In this document: in pieces, positions 21,356-31,997 of the stretch | Layout of the letters: every line of letters starts with the position of its first letter | How positions within the stretch are numbered: position 1 is the first letter of the stretch | NCBI GenBank assembly: GCA_963758525.1 | Contig: CAVWVQ010000003.1 | Coordinates: forward strand, 4,320,001-4,384,000 | Source of the DNA: an uncultured Phycisphaerales bacterium | GTDB taxonomy: Bacteria; Planctomycetota; Phycisphaerae; Tepidisphaerales; Tepidisphaeraceae | Direction: 5' to 3' | Length of the DNA stretch: 64,000 bases | Notes under the pieces: generated by a model | What the model was told of the DNA's origin: nothing | Seen by the model: only the letters and a program-made list of their open reading frames with translations | The model's database searches: none | Position numbers and translations under genes: made by a program

Positions 21356-22560
21356 ATGACAACCCGGCACGGATGGAGATGGATTCTGGCGACAATGATC
21401 CTTGCGGGAAGCTCCGGCCCCGCGTGGGGACGCGTCAAGCTGATCACGCTTCCGCGCGCGAACGCGTGGAGATTCAACTGGATAATCCAGGCGCAACGCT
21501 GGTGGAAGAGGAACGCATCATTCCCCTGGTGAAAGGGGAGAACCAGGTCGACTTTTCCTGGGCCAATACACAGATCGACCCAGACACGATCGTTTTCCGC
21601 GTGGTCGGAGCGGCGGGGGATCGCGGCTCTGACGTGAAGGTGCTCTCCGTCAGCTATCCGCCCGACGAGGCGGCGCTGGTCTGGTCGGTGGGGGCCTCGG
21701 CGTCGGGGCCGGCGCGGGTTCGCATCAGCTACATCCTCGGCAATCTCACGAAAAGCTTTGCCTACCGCGCAATCGCCGATCGCGATGAAACCTCGCTCTC
21801 GCTCAGCCAATACATGCGGCTGGAGAATTTTGCGAACGAGGAGTTCGGCAGCACCGGTTTATGGGCCGGCGTTGGCAAAGAGTTTCTGAAGCCGATTGGG
21901 CTGAACGAAACAAAGGAAATTCTCGTTTCGCGGTTTGCGAAAGTGCCGGTGCGAAAGACATACACATGTGATCCCGCGGAGTTCGGCTACATCGATCAGG
22001 CGGAAAATAAACTGCGGGTGCCGATGCACTACGTCCTGAAAAATGACAAGAAAGACGGCATGGGCGCCGCGCCGCTGCCGTACGGCAAGGTGCGCATTTT
22101 CATCGCTCCCGGTCCGAAGGATGCGGATCAGTCGACGACGTTTCTCGGAGAAGACTGGGGAAAGTTCACGCCGATCGATGATGAGATGAAGCTGTATCTG
22201 GGCGTGGCGCAGGACATCGTGGTTCGCCGGACGATCGAGAAGAACGAGAGGCATCGCATTGCCGGGAACCTCTCCGACCAGGAACTGACGGTGAAGTACG
22301 AGATCGAGAACTTCAAGAATCAGGCGGTCACGCTGGATGTGCAGGAGAACCTCCGCCATCTGCGCGACGAAGTGCGCGGCGACAGCGGTCGCGATGTGCA
22401 ATGGGAACTCGGCAAGTCGACCACCCTTGGCGCGCCTGACCCTGACCAGAGCACATTCGAGCAACTGCTGTTTCACGTGAAGCTGCAGCCTCGCAACGCC
22501 GACGGCAAAGCGGAGAAGGTCGTCCAGAAACTTAATATCACCCTTAAGAACGAGTGGTAA
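21356..22560 (+). CDS. DUF4139-like secreted protein; frameshift at ~21453
   Basis: GGAGG RBS, signal peptide, RVKLITLP|RERVEIQLD join, TLVEEER..NQVDFSWANT, PLPYGKVRIF. Confidence 0.78.
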
Positions 22561-22563
22561 TCA

Positions 22564-24117
22564 ATGCGTAACAAAGTAGCGCCTAAAGTAGCGCCTCTCG
22601 ATGAGAGAACACCAAGTGCCGCTTCCTCTGATCCCCTCCATCCCAACCCTCCCCTGGAGTATCAGGGGAGGGGGAAGAGCTGCCGGGCCGCGCAATGGCA
22701 ATCGGTCGTTGCCGGTCTTCTCACGATTTTGCTAACGGCTCCGGCGTTCGCGCGCAACGTCGATCTGTCGACGGTTCCGAAGCGCGACAGCGTGCAACTG
22801 ACGATCTACAACAGCGAGGACATCACGCTCGTCCGCGAAACGCGCACGCTGACGTTTCGCAAAGGGGTCAATCCCCTGGAGTTTTCGTGGGCCAACACGC
22901 TGATCGACCCTACGTCGGTCGAGTTGAAGTTCATCAGCAGCCCGGAGAAGCTCGAAGTTCTCGACACCACCTTCCCGCACGACAAGCCGCAGATGCTCTA
23001 CTGGAATGTGCAGAGTGATTTCGACGGCGAAGCGACCGTTGAGATCACCTACTTCACCAGCGGCATCACCTGGAAAGCGGACTACCTCGCGATCGCCGAT
23101 CAGACCGAAACGCAAGCGAGCGTTGAAGGGTTCGTCCGCATCTTCAACCACAGCGGCGAGCAGTATGACGGCGCGCACATCCGCCTGGTGGTCGGCACAA
23201 TCAATCTCGTGCAGAAGATCGCGGAATTGGCACAGATGCCGATGGAGGAGCTGGGAAAACTGGACCAGGCCGAACGACGAAGCCTGGAGCGCGATGCCGC
23301 CAAAGACTTTCTGCGCGCCAAGGCGGAGGGCGCGGCGATGCCATCGAGCGCGCCGATGCCGGACGAGAAGCAGATCATCAAGCAGGGGCTGAGCGAGTAT
23401 TTCATTTTTTCCATCGAAGGGACGGAAACGATTCCCGACGGCTGGTCAAAACGCATGCGCAGCCTGGACGCGGCAAGCGTTCCCTTCAAAGTCACTTACC
23501 GCTATCGGCCCGCTGAATACGGCGAAGACCTCGTCCGGCTGTACCTTCTGACCAACAACAAGGAGTCGAAGCTTGGCGGGTCGCCGCTGCCCGACGGCAT
23601 CGTGCGGGTCTTCCGCGACAACGGCCGCGACGGGCTCTCATATCTGGTGACGCAGCACATCAAATACGTTCCCGTCGGCGACAAAATTGAAATGAATTTG
23701 GGTCCCGATCCGCGCGTGATGTTCGAGCTGATCAAGCTGCGGGCCTCACGCGACAACATCTGGATGCGGTTGAACGGCGCCGATATTTTTCGCCGGGTGG
23801 ATGACGGCGCGGATCTCATCGAGGTCCGCTCTTCGGTTGCCGGCTTCGATGCCCACGAGGTGTATACACAGCGTATCCGCAACTACACGGACAAGGCGAT
23901 CGACGTGGAAATTCGCCGGACGATTCCCGGCGACATCACCTTCCGGAGCAGGCTGACGCCAACGCTGCACGATTATCAAACCGTCGAGCTCAAGACGAGC
24001 GTGGAGGCGGCCAGCAAAGCGGATCTGCTCTTTGAGCTCGTTCATCACGAAGGCCGCAATGCGCATCAGAACAACGTCACGCTTGAGGTTGCCGGCGAAC
24101 CCGTTCTTCAGCGATGA
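22564..24117 (+). CDS. DUF4139/DUF4140 domain protein
   Basis: VQLTIYNSEDITLVRETR, FSWANT, TSGITWKADY, PLPDGIVRVF; N-terminus carries a repeat-derived insertion. Confidence 0.85.
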   Translation: MRNKVAPKVAPLDERTPSAASSDPLHPNPPLEYQGRGKSCRAAQWQSVVAGLLTILLTAPAFARNVDLSTVPKRDSVQLTIYNSEDITLVRETRTLTFRKGVNPLEFSWANTLIDPTSVELKFISSPEKLEVLDTTFPHDKPQMLYWNVQSDFDGEATVEITYFTSGITWKADYLAIADQTETQASVEGFVRIFNHSGEQYDGAHIRLVVGTINLVQKIAELAQMPMEELGKLDQAERRSLERDAAKDFLRAKAEGAAMPSSAPMPDEKQIIKQGLSEYFIFSIEGTETIPDGWSKRMRSLDAASVPFKVTYRYRPAEYGEDLVRLYLLTNNKESKLGGSPLPDGIVRVFRDNGRDGLSYLVTQHIKYVPVGDKIEMNLGPDPRVMFELIKLRASRDNIWMRLNGADIFRRVDDGADLIEVRSSVAGFDAHEVYTQRIRNYTDKAIDVEIRRTIPGDITFRSRLTPTLHDYQTVELKTSVEAASKADLLFELVHHEGRNAHQNNVTLEVAGEPVLQR

Positions 24118-24367
24118 GCCGGGCAATGTCGAAGCCATCGATGGTAAGACCCTGCACATCGCAGTCGTCGATGCGAACGCTGTTGAGGCTGACATTGCGA
24201 AATGTCGCGCCACGCAGATTGACGTCGTCGAAGCGCACCGCGGAAAGATCCGCGTTGTAGACGTTGGCGCAAGACATATCGACGTCGTCGAAGCGAACGC
24301 AGGACATCCGAACGTTGGAAAAGACTGCGGCCGCTAAGTCCGCATTTACAAACGATCTCTCAGCCAT
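24077..24367 (-). CDS. Pentapeptide repeat protein
   Basis: Repeats ADLAA/AVFSN/VRMSC/VRFDD/ADLSA/VNLRG; GGAG RBS before MAERSF. Confidence 0.8.
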   Translation of the reverse strand: MAERSFVNADLAAAVFSNVRMSCVRFDDVDMSCANVYNADLSAVRFDDVNLRGATFRNVSLNSVRIDDCDVQGLTIDGFDIARLIAEERVRRQPQA

Positions 24368-24600
24368 CAAGAACTCCCCGTTTCTCAGGGTCAATGTGGA
24401 TCTGCCCACGAGCAGTATAGCGACTTGTCGACTGCGGCGAGCGAGGAGTTGCCGCGGCAAATACCTGGGCATCTGCCTCATAGACTCGGTGACCTCGCGT
24501 TTGGGCTGTCCGTGTTTTAGAATGGTTCCCATCGACGACAGATCTCGCACCCGGCTGCGGACCGGGATTGTGTCTGATTGTTCAAGCGGTGGAGGTTTCG

Positions 24601-25773
24601 ATGGTGGCTGGGCGGCTGATATCCGGCGTGATTTCCTTTTCGGCGTTCACACTCGCCGCGCTGCTCGCGGCGGATGGCTATGCCGGTCCGATTGAAGCGA
24701 AGCCGTTTCCGGACGCGGAAGGAGTCATCCAATACACGCTAACCAATTCCAGGGGAGCCTCCGCTCAAATCATCAACTACGGAGCGACGGTCACGAACCT
24801 CTTCGTCCCCGACAAAGATGGAAAGATGGGCGACGTGGTTCTCGGATTCGACAACTTCAAGCAATACGAAGATCAAAGCCCCTACTTCGGAGCCGTTGTT
24901 GGAAGAGTCGGGAACCGAATCGCGCGCGGGATTTTTACGATCGAGAACGTGCGATACTGCGTGCCGGTCAACAATGGATTGAATCACCTCCACGGCGGGT
25001 TCAAGGGCTATGACAAGCGCATCTGGAACAGCGACACCGCGATGACTGCCGATGGTCCCTCCGTGCGATTCACGCTAACCGATCCCGACGGCACCGAAGG
25101 TTATCCTGGAACCGTTAAAGCAACGGTCATTTATTCTCTGACCGGCGACAACGCGCTCAAGATCCAATACTTTGCGACAACCGACAAAGCGACGCCTATT
25201 AACCTGACCAATCATTCTTACTTCAATCTGAAGGATGCGGGCAAAAGCAGCATCGGCGACCATTTGATGAAGATCTACGCCGACTCCTACACGCCGGTGG
25301 ACGACACTCTGATTCCCACGGGAGAGATCGCTCCGGTGAAGGGAACGCCGATCGATTTCACCATTCCCAAACCGATTGGCAAGGATCTCGAAGCGATGGG
25401 CGGAAAGCCGATCGGATATGACCATAATCTTGTGCTTCGCAATCAGAGCGGTTCGCTGGCGGAGGCCGTTGAGGTCTATGAGCCTGAGACCGGCCGTCTG
25501 ATGGAGGTCTGGACCACCGAGCCCGGCGTGCAATTTTATTCCGGCAATTTCCTCGATGGATCGATAAAAGGGAAAAACGGGACAGTCTACCAGCAGCACA
25601 ATGCGTTTGTTCTCGAAACCCAGCACTATCCAGATTCGATCAACCATCCGAAGTTCCCCTGCACCATTCTGCATCCCGGAGAAGTCTACCGGCAGGTGAC
25701 CGAGTATCGGTTCAGCACCCGGGAAAAGCGCCTTGGTGAACTGAAGGGTGCACGGCACTCCCGGTGCGCATAA
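24601..25773 (+). CDS. galM: Aldose 1-epimerase (galactose mutarotase) with signal peptide; true end may be 25739
   Basis: GRVGNRI, HLHGG, NLTNHSYFNL, GYDHN, LETQHYPD. Confidence 0.93.
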   Translation: MVAGRLISGVISFSAFTLAALLAADGYAGPIEAKPFPDAEGVIQYTLTNSRGASAQIINYGATVTNLFVPDKDGKMGDVVLGFDNFKQYEDQSPYFGAVVGRVGNRIARGIFTIENVRYCVPVNNGLNHLHGGFKGYDKRIWNSDTAMTADGPSVRFTLTDPDGTEGYPGTVKATVIYSLTGDNALKIQYFATTDKATPINLTNHSYFNLKDAGKSSIGDHLMKIYADSYTPVDDTLIPTGEIAPVKGTPIDFTIPKPIGKDLEAMGGKPIGYDHNLVLRNQSGSLAEAVEVYEPETGRLMEVWTTEPGVQFYSGNFLDGSIKGKNGTVYQQHNAFVLETQHYPDSINHPKFPCTILHPGEVYRQVTEYRFSTREKRLGELKGARHSRCA

Positions 25774-25811
25774 ACTGTGTGGAGAAAAACCGCCAGGAAA
25801 GGGAACTCAAT

Positions 25812-26795
25812 ATGCTTCGTCGGTCGATTCTCGCTTCGCTCTGCCTCCTCGGCCCGCTCGTCGCCGGTTGCAGCAAATCGGATGACAATTCGCCGGCAAA
25901 CGGCTCCGGTCAGCCGGGCAAACAATTAAACATCGGCTTCTCACAAGTCGGAGCGGAGGGACCTTCGCGCGCGGCCGAAACGAAATCGATTGTAAGCGAG
26001 GCGGGCAAGCGCGGATTCATCCTGAGCTTCGCCGACGCCCAGGGCGATCAGGAGAATCAGATCAAAGCGCTACAGGCGTTTCGCAGCGCCGGCGTCGACG
26101 TCATCATTCTCGCCCCAAAGACTGACAAAGGCTGGGAAGCTGCGCTCAAGGACGTAAAGACTGCCGGCATTCCTGTGGTTCTTGTCGGTCGCGATGTGGA
26201 CGTAACCGACCCATCGCTCTACGCCACGCTCATCTGTTCCGATTTCGTCGATGAGGGACGTCGTGCCGCGGAATGGCTCGTGAAGAAAACGAAGGGCAGC
26301 GCCAATATCGCCGAACTGCTCGGCGCACCGGGTGACTCGCAGGCGCTCGATCGCCAAAAGGGCTTTGAGGATGCGGTCAAACGGTTCCCCGGCATGAAAA
26401 TCGTGAAGCCGCAGAACGGAGATTCTGCGTCGACCAAGGGGAAGGATGTCATGGAAGCATTCCTCAAATCCCCGCAGGGTGCGAGCATCAATGCCGTCTA
26501 CGCCGTGGATGACGACCTGGCCCTCGGAGCCATCCCGGCGATCGAAGCCGCTGGCAAGGTGCCGGGCAAGGATATCATCATCCTCTCCATCGGCGGCACC
26601 AAAGCCGCACTGCAGGCGATTATCGACGGCAAGGTAAACTGCGTCATCGAGTGCAATCCATTGGTCGGCCCCGCGGCTTTTGATGCGATTAGCGCAGGCG
26701 TCGCCGGAAAAACTCCCGACCGTAAAATCCTCTCAAAGGACGCGCTCTTCGACGACACAAATGCGAAGGACGCGCTGGCCGGTCGAATGTATTGA
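25812..26795 (+). CDS. Sugar ABC transporter substrate-binding lipoprotein (YtfQ-like)
   Basis: Lipobox VAGC; GFSQVGAE, DFVDEGRRAAEWL, IECNPL. Confidence 0.88.
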   Translation: MLRRSILASLCLLGPLVAGCSKSDDNSPANGSGQPGKQLNIGFSQVGAEGPSRAAETKSIVSEAGKRGFILSFADAQGDQENQIKALQAFRSAGVDVIILAPKTDKGWEAALKDVKTAGIPVVLVGRDVDVTDPSLYATLICSDFVDEGRRAAEWLVKKTKGSANIAELLGAPGDSQALDRQKGFEDAVKRFPGMKIVKPQNGDSASTKGKDVMEAFLKSPQGASINAVYAVDDDLALGAIPAIEAAGKVPGKDIIILSIGGTKAALQAIIDGKVNCVIECNPLVGPAAFDAISAGVAGKTPDRKILSKDALFDDTNAKDALAGRMY

Positions 26796-26879
26796 TCGGA
26801 CAGCCCCTCCATTTCGGGCGAAACCGCCGCTTTCTTCGCGTTTCATTTCAATCCGGCCTGATTGGCTTACAATCCCCCA

Positions 26880-28316
26880 ATGGCGTCTCCCCCAGTAGTT
26901 GCGATCGTAGGCCGGCCGAATGTCGGCAAAAGCAGTCTGCTCAATGCCCTGGTGGGCAAGCGCATCAGCATTGTGCAGGACATGCCCGGCGTCACGCGCG
27001 ACCGGATCGCGATGCCGTTGCTGATCGGGGATCGTTATATCGAATTAGTCGACACCGGGGGCTACGGCTTTGTCGATCCTGATCAGCTCACCGAGCACAT
27101 CGCCCATCAGATCGAACTGGCGGTGGCACAGGCAAAGCTCGTGCTGTTCGTCGTCGACTGCTCCGATGGGCTCACCAGCGCCGACGAGGAAATCGCGGCG
27201 ATGCTCCGAAAGAGAAACGCCAGGACGGTGCTGGTTGCCAACAAAGCCGACGGAGCCAAGAGCGACACCATCCTCGGCGAGTTCGCCCGATTGGGCCTTG
27301 GAACGCCCATCGGCGTCTCCGCGATCAACGACCGCAATATCAATCTGGTTTTCAGCGCCATCGAGCAGAATGTGGATCTTTCAGAAGCGCCGAGGGAGAT
27401 GCCCGCGCCGCAGATGATGCTTGCCATCGTCGGCAAGCGCAACGCCGGCAAGAGCACGCTGGTGAACACCATCGCCGAGCTGTACGAAGGGCACGGCGAC
27501 CGGGTGATTGTTTCAGAAATACCGGGCACCACGCGCGACAGCGTCGACGTGCGGTTCGAAAAAGAAGGCAAAACCCTCATCGTTATCGACACGGCCGGCG
27601 TGCGCAAAAAACGGCACATGGCGACCAACGACATCGAGTTTTACAGCTTCCACCGTGCCCAGCGCTCGATCCGCCGCGCGGATGTTGTGCTCATGCTGAT
27701 CGACGGAGCCGAGCCCGTGAGCGAGCCGGATAAGAAACTGGCTCAATACATCGGCGCGCAATACAAGCCGATTATCCTCGTCGTCAACAAGTGGGACATC
27801 ACGCGGGAAAAAGCGCGTGAGATGGACAAGTCCGGCGAGGTCGATGACGCGGAGCTGATGGAGAAATACCGCAAGTATCTCGACGAAGAGCTCAAGCACG
27901 TGAGTTACGCGCCGATTGCTTTCGTCACCGCCAGGGACGGCCGAAACATCCAGGGCGTCCTCGATCTCGCGCAGCATCTGTTTCATCAGGCCAATGAGCG
28001 CGTCACGACGCATAAGCTCAACACCGCGATCCGCAAGATTCTGGTGGAGAAAAAGCCGAGCACCCCGAACGGACGGATGGCGCGCATTTACTATGTCACG
28101 CAGACGCAGGTGGCCCCGCCGACCATCGTGCTTTTCGTCAACAACCCGGCATTTCTCGACGCCGCCTACCAACGATTCATGATCAATCGCATGCGCGAGA
28201 TGCTTCCGTATGGTGAAGTCCCGATCCGGCTGATCGTCCGCCAGCGCGAACGAAGAGCGGCCGCGGCGGAGGCTCCATTGGATGAGCCGGAGGAGTCACT
28301 GGATGCTGAAGGGTAG
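26880..28316 (+). CDS. der: Ribosome biogenesis GTPase Der
   Basis: Two G domains: GRPNVGKS/DTGG/NKAD and GKRNAGKS/DTAG/NKWD. Confidence 0.96.
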   Translation: MASPPVVAIVGRPNVGKSSLLNALVGKRISIVQDMPGVTRDRIAMPLLIGDRYIELVDTGGYGFVDPDQLTEHIAHQIELAVAQAKLVLFVVDCSDGLTSADEEIAAMLRKRNARTVLVANKADGAKSDTILGEFARLGLGTPIGVSAINDRNINLVFSAIEQNVDLSEAPREMPAPQMMLAIVGKRNAGKSTLVNTIAELYEGHGDRVIVSEIPGTTRDSVDVRFEKEGKTLIVIDTAGVRKKRHMATNDIEFYSFHRAQRSIRRADVVLMLIDGAEPVSEPDKKLAQYIGAQYKPIILVVNKWDITREKAREMDKSGEVDDAELMEKYRKYLDEELKHVSYAPIAFVTARDGRNIQGVLDLAQHLFHQANERVTTHKLNTAIRKILVEKKPSTPNGRMARIYYVTQTQVAPPTIVLFVNNPAFLDAAYQRFMINRMREMLPYGEVPIRLIVRQRERRAAAAEAPLDEPEESLDAEG

Positions 28317-28360
28317 TCGAAGGGCAACTTTTAGTGAGACCCGCTCGTCTTCATGACAGG

Positions 28361-28678
28361 TTACTTCAGGTCGTCGGGACGCGGCAGGCGACTGCCGTGT
28401 CGAAATCCGATAACCCGCACCGTGCGCGTATTCTCGTCGATCGTGAACAGAATTGAGTATTTGCCCAGAAGCGCCCTCCTCACCTCATATGGTTTGGATG
28501 CATTCTCGGCAGCGAGATTGTGGCGTCTGGGCATCTCCTCCCAGCTATCGATCACGTCCCACGCTTGCTCGAGCCAGCGTTGTGCATTCAGCGGAGACTG
28601 GCATTCGATGGCAATGTAGCGAGCCTGCGCGAGCATTGCTTCGAGCGCCGCGTCCGTAACTTCAACCGCATACTTCAT
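28361..28678 (-). CDS. ParE/RelE family toxin
   Basis: MKYAVEVTDAA..YIA..NAQRWL..YSILFTIDE..VRVIGFRHG; overlaps the antitoxin stop. Confidence 0.88.
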   Translation of the reverse strand: MKYAVEVTDAALEAMLAQARYIAIECQSPLNAQRWLEQAWDVIDSWEEMPRRHNLAAENASKPYEVRRALLGKYSILFTIDENTRTVRVIGFRHGSRLPRPDDLK

Positions 28679-28974
28679 CGATCCAGCTTCAGCTTCAGCG
28701 CGTCGGCAATCTCGCGGATAGCCGCTTTCGCGGGTCGGGTTCGGCCGGCTTTGATGTCATCGATACTGCGATCAAGCAGCGACAGGCTCTTTGTGAGCTC
28801 GGCTTGATCCGTCAATTCATCAAAGGCCGACGCAGAGAGAACAACGGCTTCCGTCTCCCCATTGTTTGTGACAAACAGCGGGCGACCCGTGGCTTTTCTT
28901 TGGTCGAGATGATCCCGCAATCGAGTTCGGAAATCGGTGAAACTGGTAATGTCAGTACTGCGGATCACATGCAC
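28675..28974 (-). CDS. Phd/YefM family antitoxin
   Basis: ITSFTDFR..GRPLFVTNNG..AVVLS. Confidence 0.88.
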   Translation of the reverse strand: MHVIRSTDITSFTDFRTRLRDHLDQRKATGRPLFVTNNGETEAVVLSASAFDELTDQAELTKSLSLLDRSIDDIKAGRTRPAKAAIREIADALKLKLDR

Positions 28975-29039
28975 CTCGTTGAATGATGTACGTAACTCTG
29001 TACATTATTCACTCCCGGGCGGCCGCCGTCAATGTCTCG

Positions 29040-31519
29040 TCACACCGTCATTCCCGCCGCCTCGTCGCTTTGCTGCGACGCCTTCATCTGCTCCCACTGT
29101 TCCAGCGTGATGTTGCACTCGCGGGCCTGCGAGCCCTTGTATTCCCCGAGGATTCCTGCGATCGCCATTTGCTCGATGAGACGAGACGAGCGGCTGTAAC
29201 CAATCGTCAGCCGGCGCTGCAGCAGACTGACGCTGCCGCGTTTAGTCTCCAGGACGATGCGGACGGCATCGTCGAACAACTCGTCCTTCTCCATGTCTGC
29301 GCCGCCGCCGGGCATCGCCCTGATCTGTACCAGCTCGGGCTCGTATTGCGCGTCTGCCAGGCTGCGCACCAGCTTGACGCTCTCGCGAATTTCCTTGTCG
29401 TCAATAAACGTTCCCTGCGATCGGATCGGTTTGCTCGCTCCCGGCGGCAGGAAGAGCATGTCGCCCTGGCCGAGCAGCAACTCGCCGCCGTTCTGGTCGA
29501 TCACGATGCGGCTGTCCATCTTGGTGTTTACGCGAAATGCAATCTTCGACGGCATGTTGGATTTGATCAGGCCGGTGACCACTGTGGCCTGCGGGCGTTG
29601 GGTTGCGACGATGAGATGAATTCCGACTGCTCGCGCTTTTGCGCGAGGCGAACGATGAAGCTTTCGACTTCCTTGCCGGACGTCATCATCAAGTCGGCCA
29701 GCTCGTCGATGATGATCACGATATACGGCAAGTGTTTGGGGATCTTCGCCTCTTCCTCTGGGGTGCTGGGATTGAATCGCTCGACCAGCTCCTCCCGCGT
29801 GAGGCGGTTGTAGCCGGCGAGATTGCGCACGCCCGCCTCCGCGAGCACCTCGTACCGCTCGTCCATCTTCTCGCAAGCCCATTCCAGCACGCTCGTCGCC
29901 CGGCCCGTGTCGTTGATTACAGGGCACATGAGGTGCGGAATATCCTTGAACGGCGCCATTTCCACGACCTTGGGGTCGATGAGAATCAACTTCACCATGT
30001 CCGGCCGCTGCTTATAGATGATGGACATGATGATGGTGTTGATGCAGACGGACTTGCCGGACCCGGTGGTGCCCGCGATCAGGCAGTGGGGCATCGCAGC
30101 CAGATCCGTCACCAGCGGCTCGCCGCTGGCGTCTTTGCCGAGAAACAGCGGGATGGTCTGCTTGGCGGTGGCGTCCGGCGCGAGCTGCATCAGCTCCTTG
30201 AGGCGGACTTTTTCTTTCTGCGCGTTGGGCACTTCAATGCCGACGGTATTCTTTCCCGGCACCGGTGCGACGATGCGCACGGCCACCGCCATCAGCGAGC
30301 GGGCAATGTCGTTCGACAGCGCGGTGATCGAGGAGACTTTGACGCCTGGCGCCAGGGCCAGCTCGTACATGGTGATGACCGGGCCGGTATCGATCTCAAC
30401 GACGTGTGCGTCGATGGAGAATTCCGTCAGCGCCTGCTCGAGCACGGCGGCCTTTTCGCGGACAAATTGCTCCTGCGACTCGGCATAGCCGTGCTCGGCA
30501 TCGTCGAGCAGCGTCCAGTCGGGCAGGTTGTACTCGCCCAGTTCCTTCGGCGCCGGCGGCGGGGGGGACGTCTGTCGCGGTTTGAGCGTGTTGGGAAGCT
30601 TGACGATGATGTCGGCCTTGGGCGCGGGCGGCGGCGCGATTGCCTCGGTGATAACGGTCTCTTCATTTGCCGCTGCTTCCGAGGGAGCCGGATCGGACGC
30701 GTCCGCGTGCGCGGCTTCATCTGCCGCCGCGGATTCGTCGTCGTAACTGAGATCGATCAAATCCTCGTCTTGCGGCTCCCGCGCGACCGGCTCCCGCGTG
30801 AGCAGCACCGGCGGCTTCAGCGGCGCGTCATCCTCATCTTCCCGGGCCAGATTGCGCGGCGCGGGCTTCCTCTTGGGAGCCGCGGCATCCCTGGTCACAA
30901 ATTTCGGCAATGAAGGGAGCCGCGGGATGGTGACGAAATTCCAGTGAATGTTTGGGCGGTGCTTCTTCACCTGCTCGATCGCGGTGCCGACCATCGCGGG
31001 TGTGCGCAGGACCAGATCGTCTGCCGCCAGCAGCAGGCCGACGAGCATGGTGGTTGCCAGGATCAGGCGCGTGCCGGCGGTGCTGAAATAATGCTGCAGA
31101 AAGTGTGATGCGCTGATGCCGATGATTCCGCCCTGTCCTTCGGGGAAACCGTCGTAGGAGCCGGGCTTGAAGTGATGGATCGCGGACGCAAAGGCGACGG
31201 AAAGCAGCAGCAGCCCGATCGACCGCATCCACAAATCGCCGACGGCGTTGCGGAACGCGTGCAGCACAACGCACACGCCGCTGAAGAAGAGGATGGGGAA
31301 GATTCCCTGCCCGATGAACAGATACAGGTAGTAGGCGATAAATGCGCCCGCCACGCCGCAGAGGTTGCGCGTGGGGGGGTTGGGATCGACGGCATGGCTG
31401 GGCCAGTCGGTCGGGTGGAAGCTCCCCAAAGCGAGCAGCATGAAGATCCAGCCGCCGACGGCCAGATACATCGAGACGTTGCGAAGGCGATTGCGATCCG
31501 GTTCGAAATTTTCACGCAT
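29040..31519 (-). CDS. ftsK: DNA translocase FtsK; frameshift at ~29635
   Basis: 4TM N-terminus, AGTTGSGKS, IDELADLM, RLAQK|ARAVGIHLIVATQRP, C-terminal gamma domain (SVSLLQRRL.IGYSR). Confidence 0.95.
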
Positions 31520-31530
31520 AGAAGATCTTC

Positions 31531-31983
31531 TCAGTGTCCCGTGTGACCGAATCCGCCTGCGCCGCGGTCTGTCGCTCCAAGCTCATCCGCCTCGACGATC
31601 TCGATCATCGGAAGCTGCGCGATCACCATCTGGGCGATCCGCATTCCCCGCTCGACGGCAAACGCCGCGCGTCCGAGATTGATCAGCGGCACCTGCACTT
31701 CGCCGCGATAGTCGGAGTCGATCGTGCCGGGGCTGTTCACCATCGTGATCCCATGACGCGATGCCAAACCGCTTCGCGGCCGAATTTGCGCCTCGTATCC
31801 GTGCGGCACCGCCATCGCGAAGCCGCAGGGAATCAATCGGATGTCGCCCGGCTCGAGCATGACCCGCTCCCGCACGGCCGCCGCCAAATCAAATCCCGCC
31901 GCATGCGCCGACATCTTGGCCGGGAGCGGAAGCCCCTCAGACCCTGCCAAACGCTTTACTTGAATCGTTATCGGCCTTTGCAT
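31531..31983 (-). CDS. dut: dUTP diphosphatase
   Basis: AGFDL, RPRSGLA, GTIDSDYRGE, RIAQMV, RGAGGFGHTG. Confidence 0.96.
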   Translation of the reverse strand: MQRPITIQVKRLAGSEGLPLPAKMSAHAAGFDLAAAVRERVMLEPGDIRLIPCGFAMAVPHGYEAQIRPRSGLASRHGITMVNSPGTIDSDYRGEVQVPLINLGRAAFAVERGMRIAQMVIAQLPMIEIVEADELGATDRGAGGFGHTGH

Positions 31984-31997
31984 GCTCGAATCTCCTG

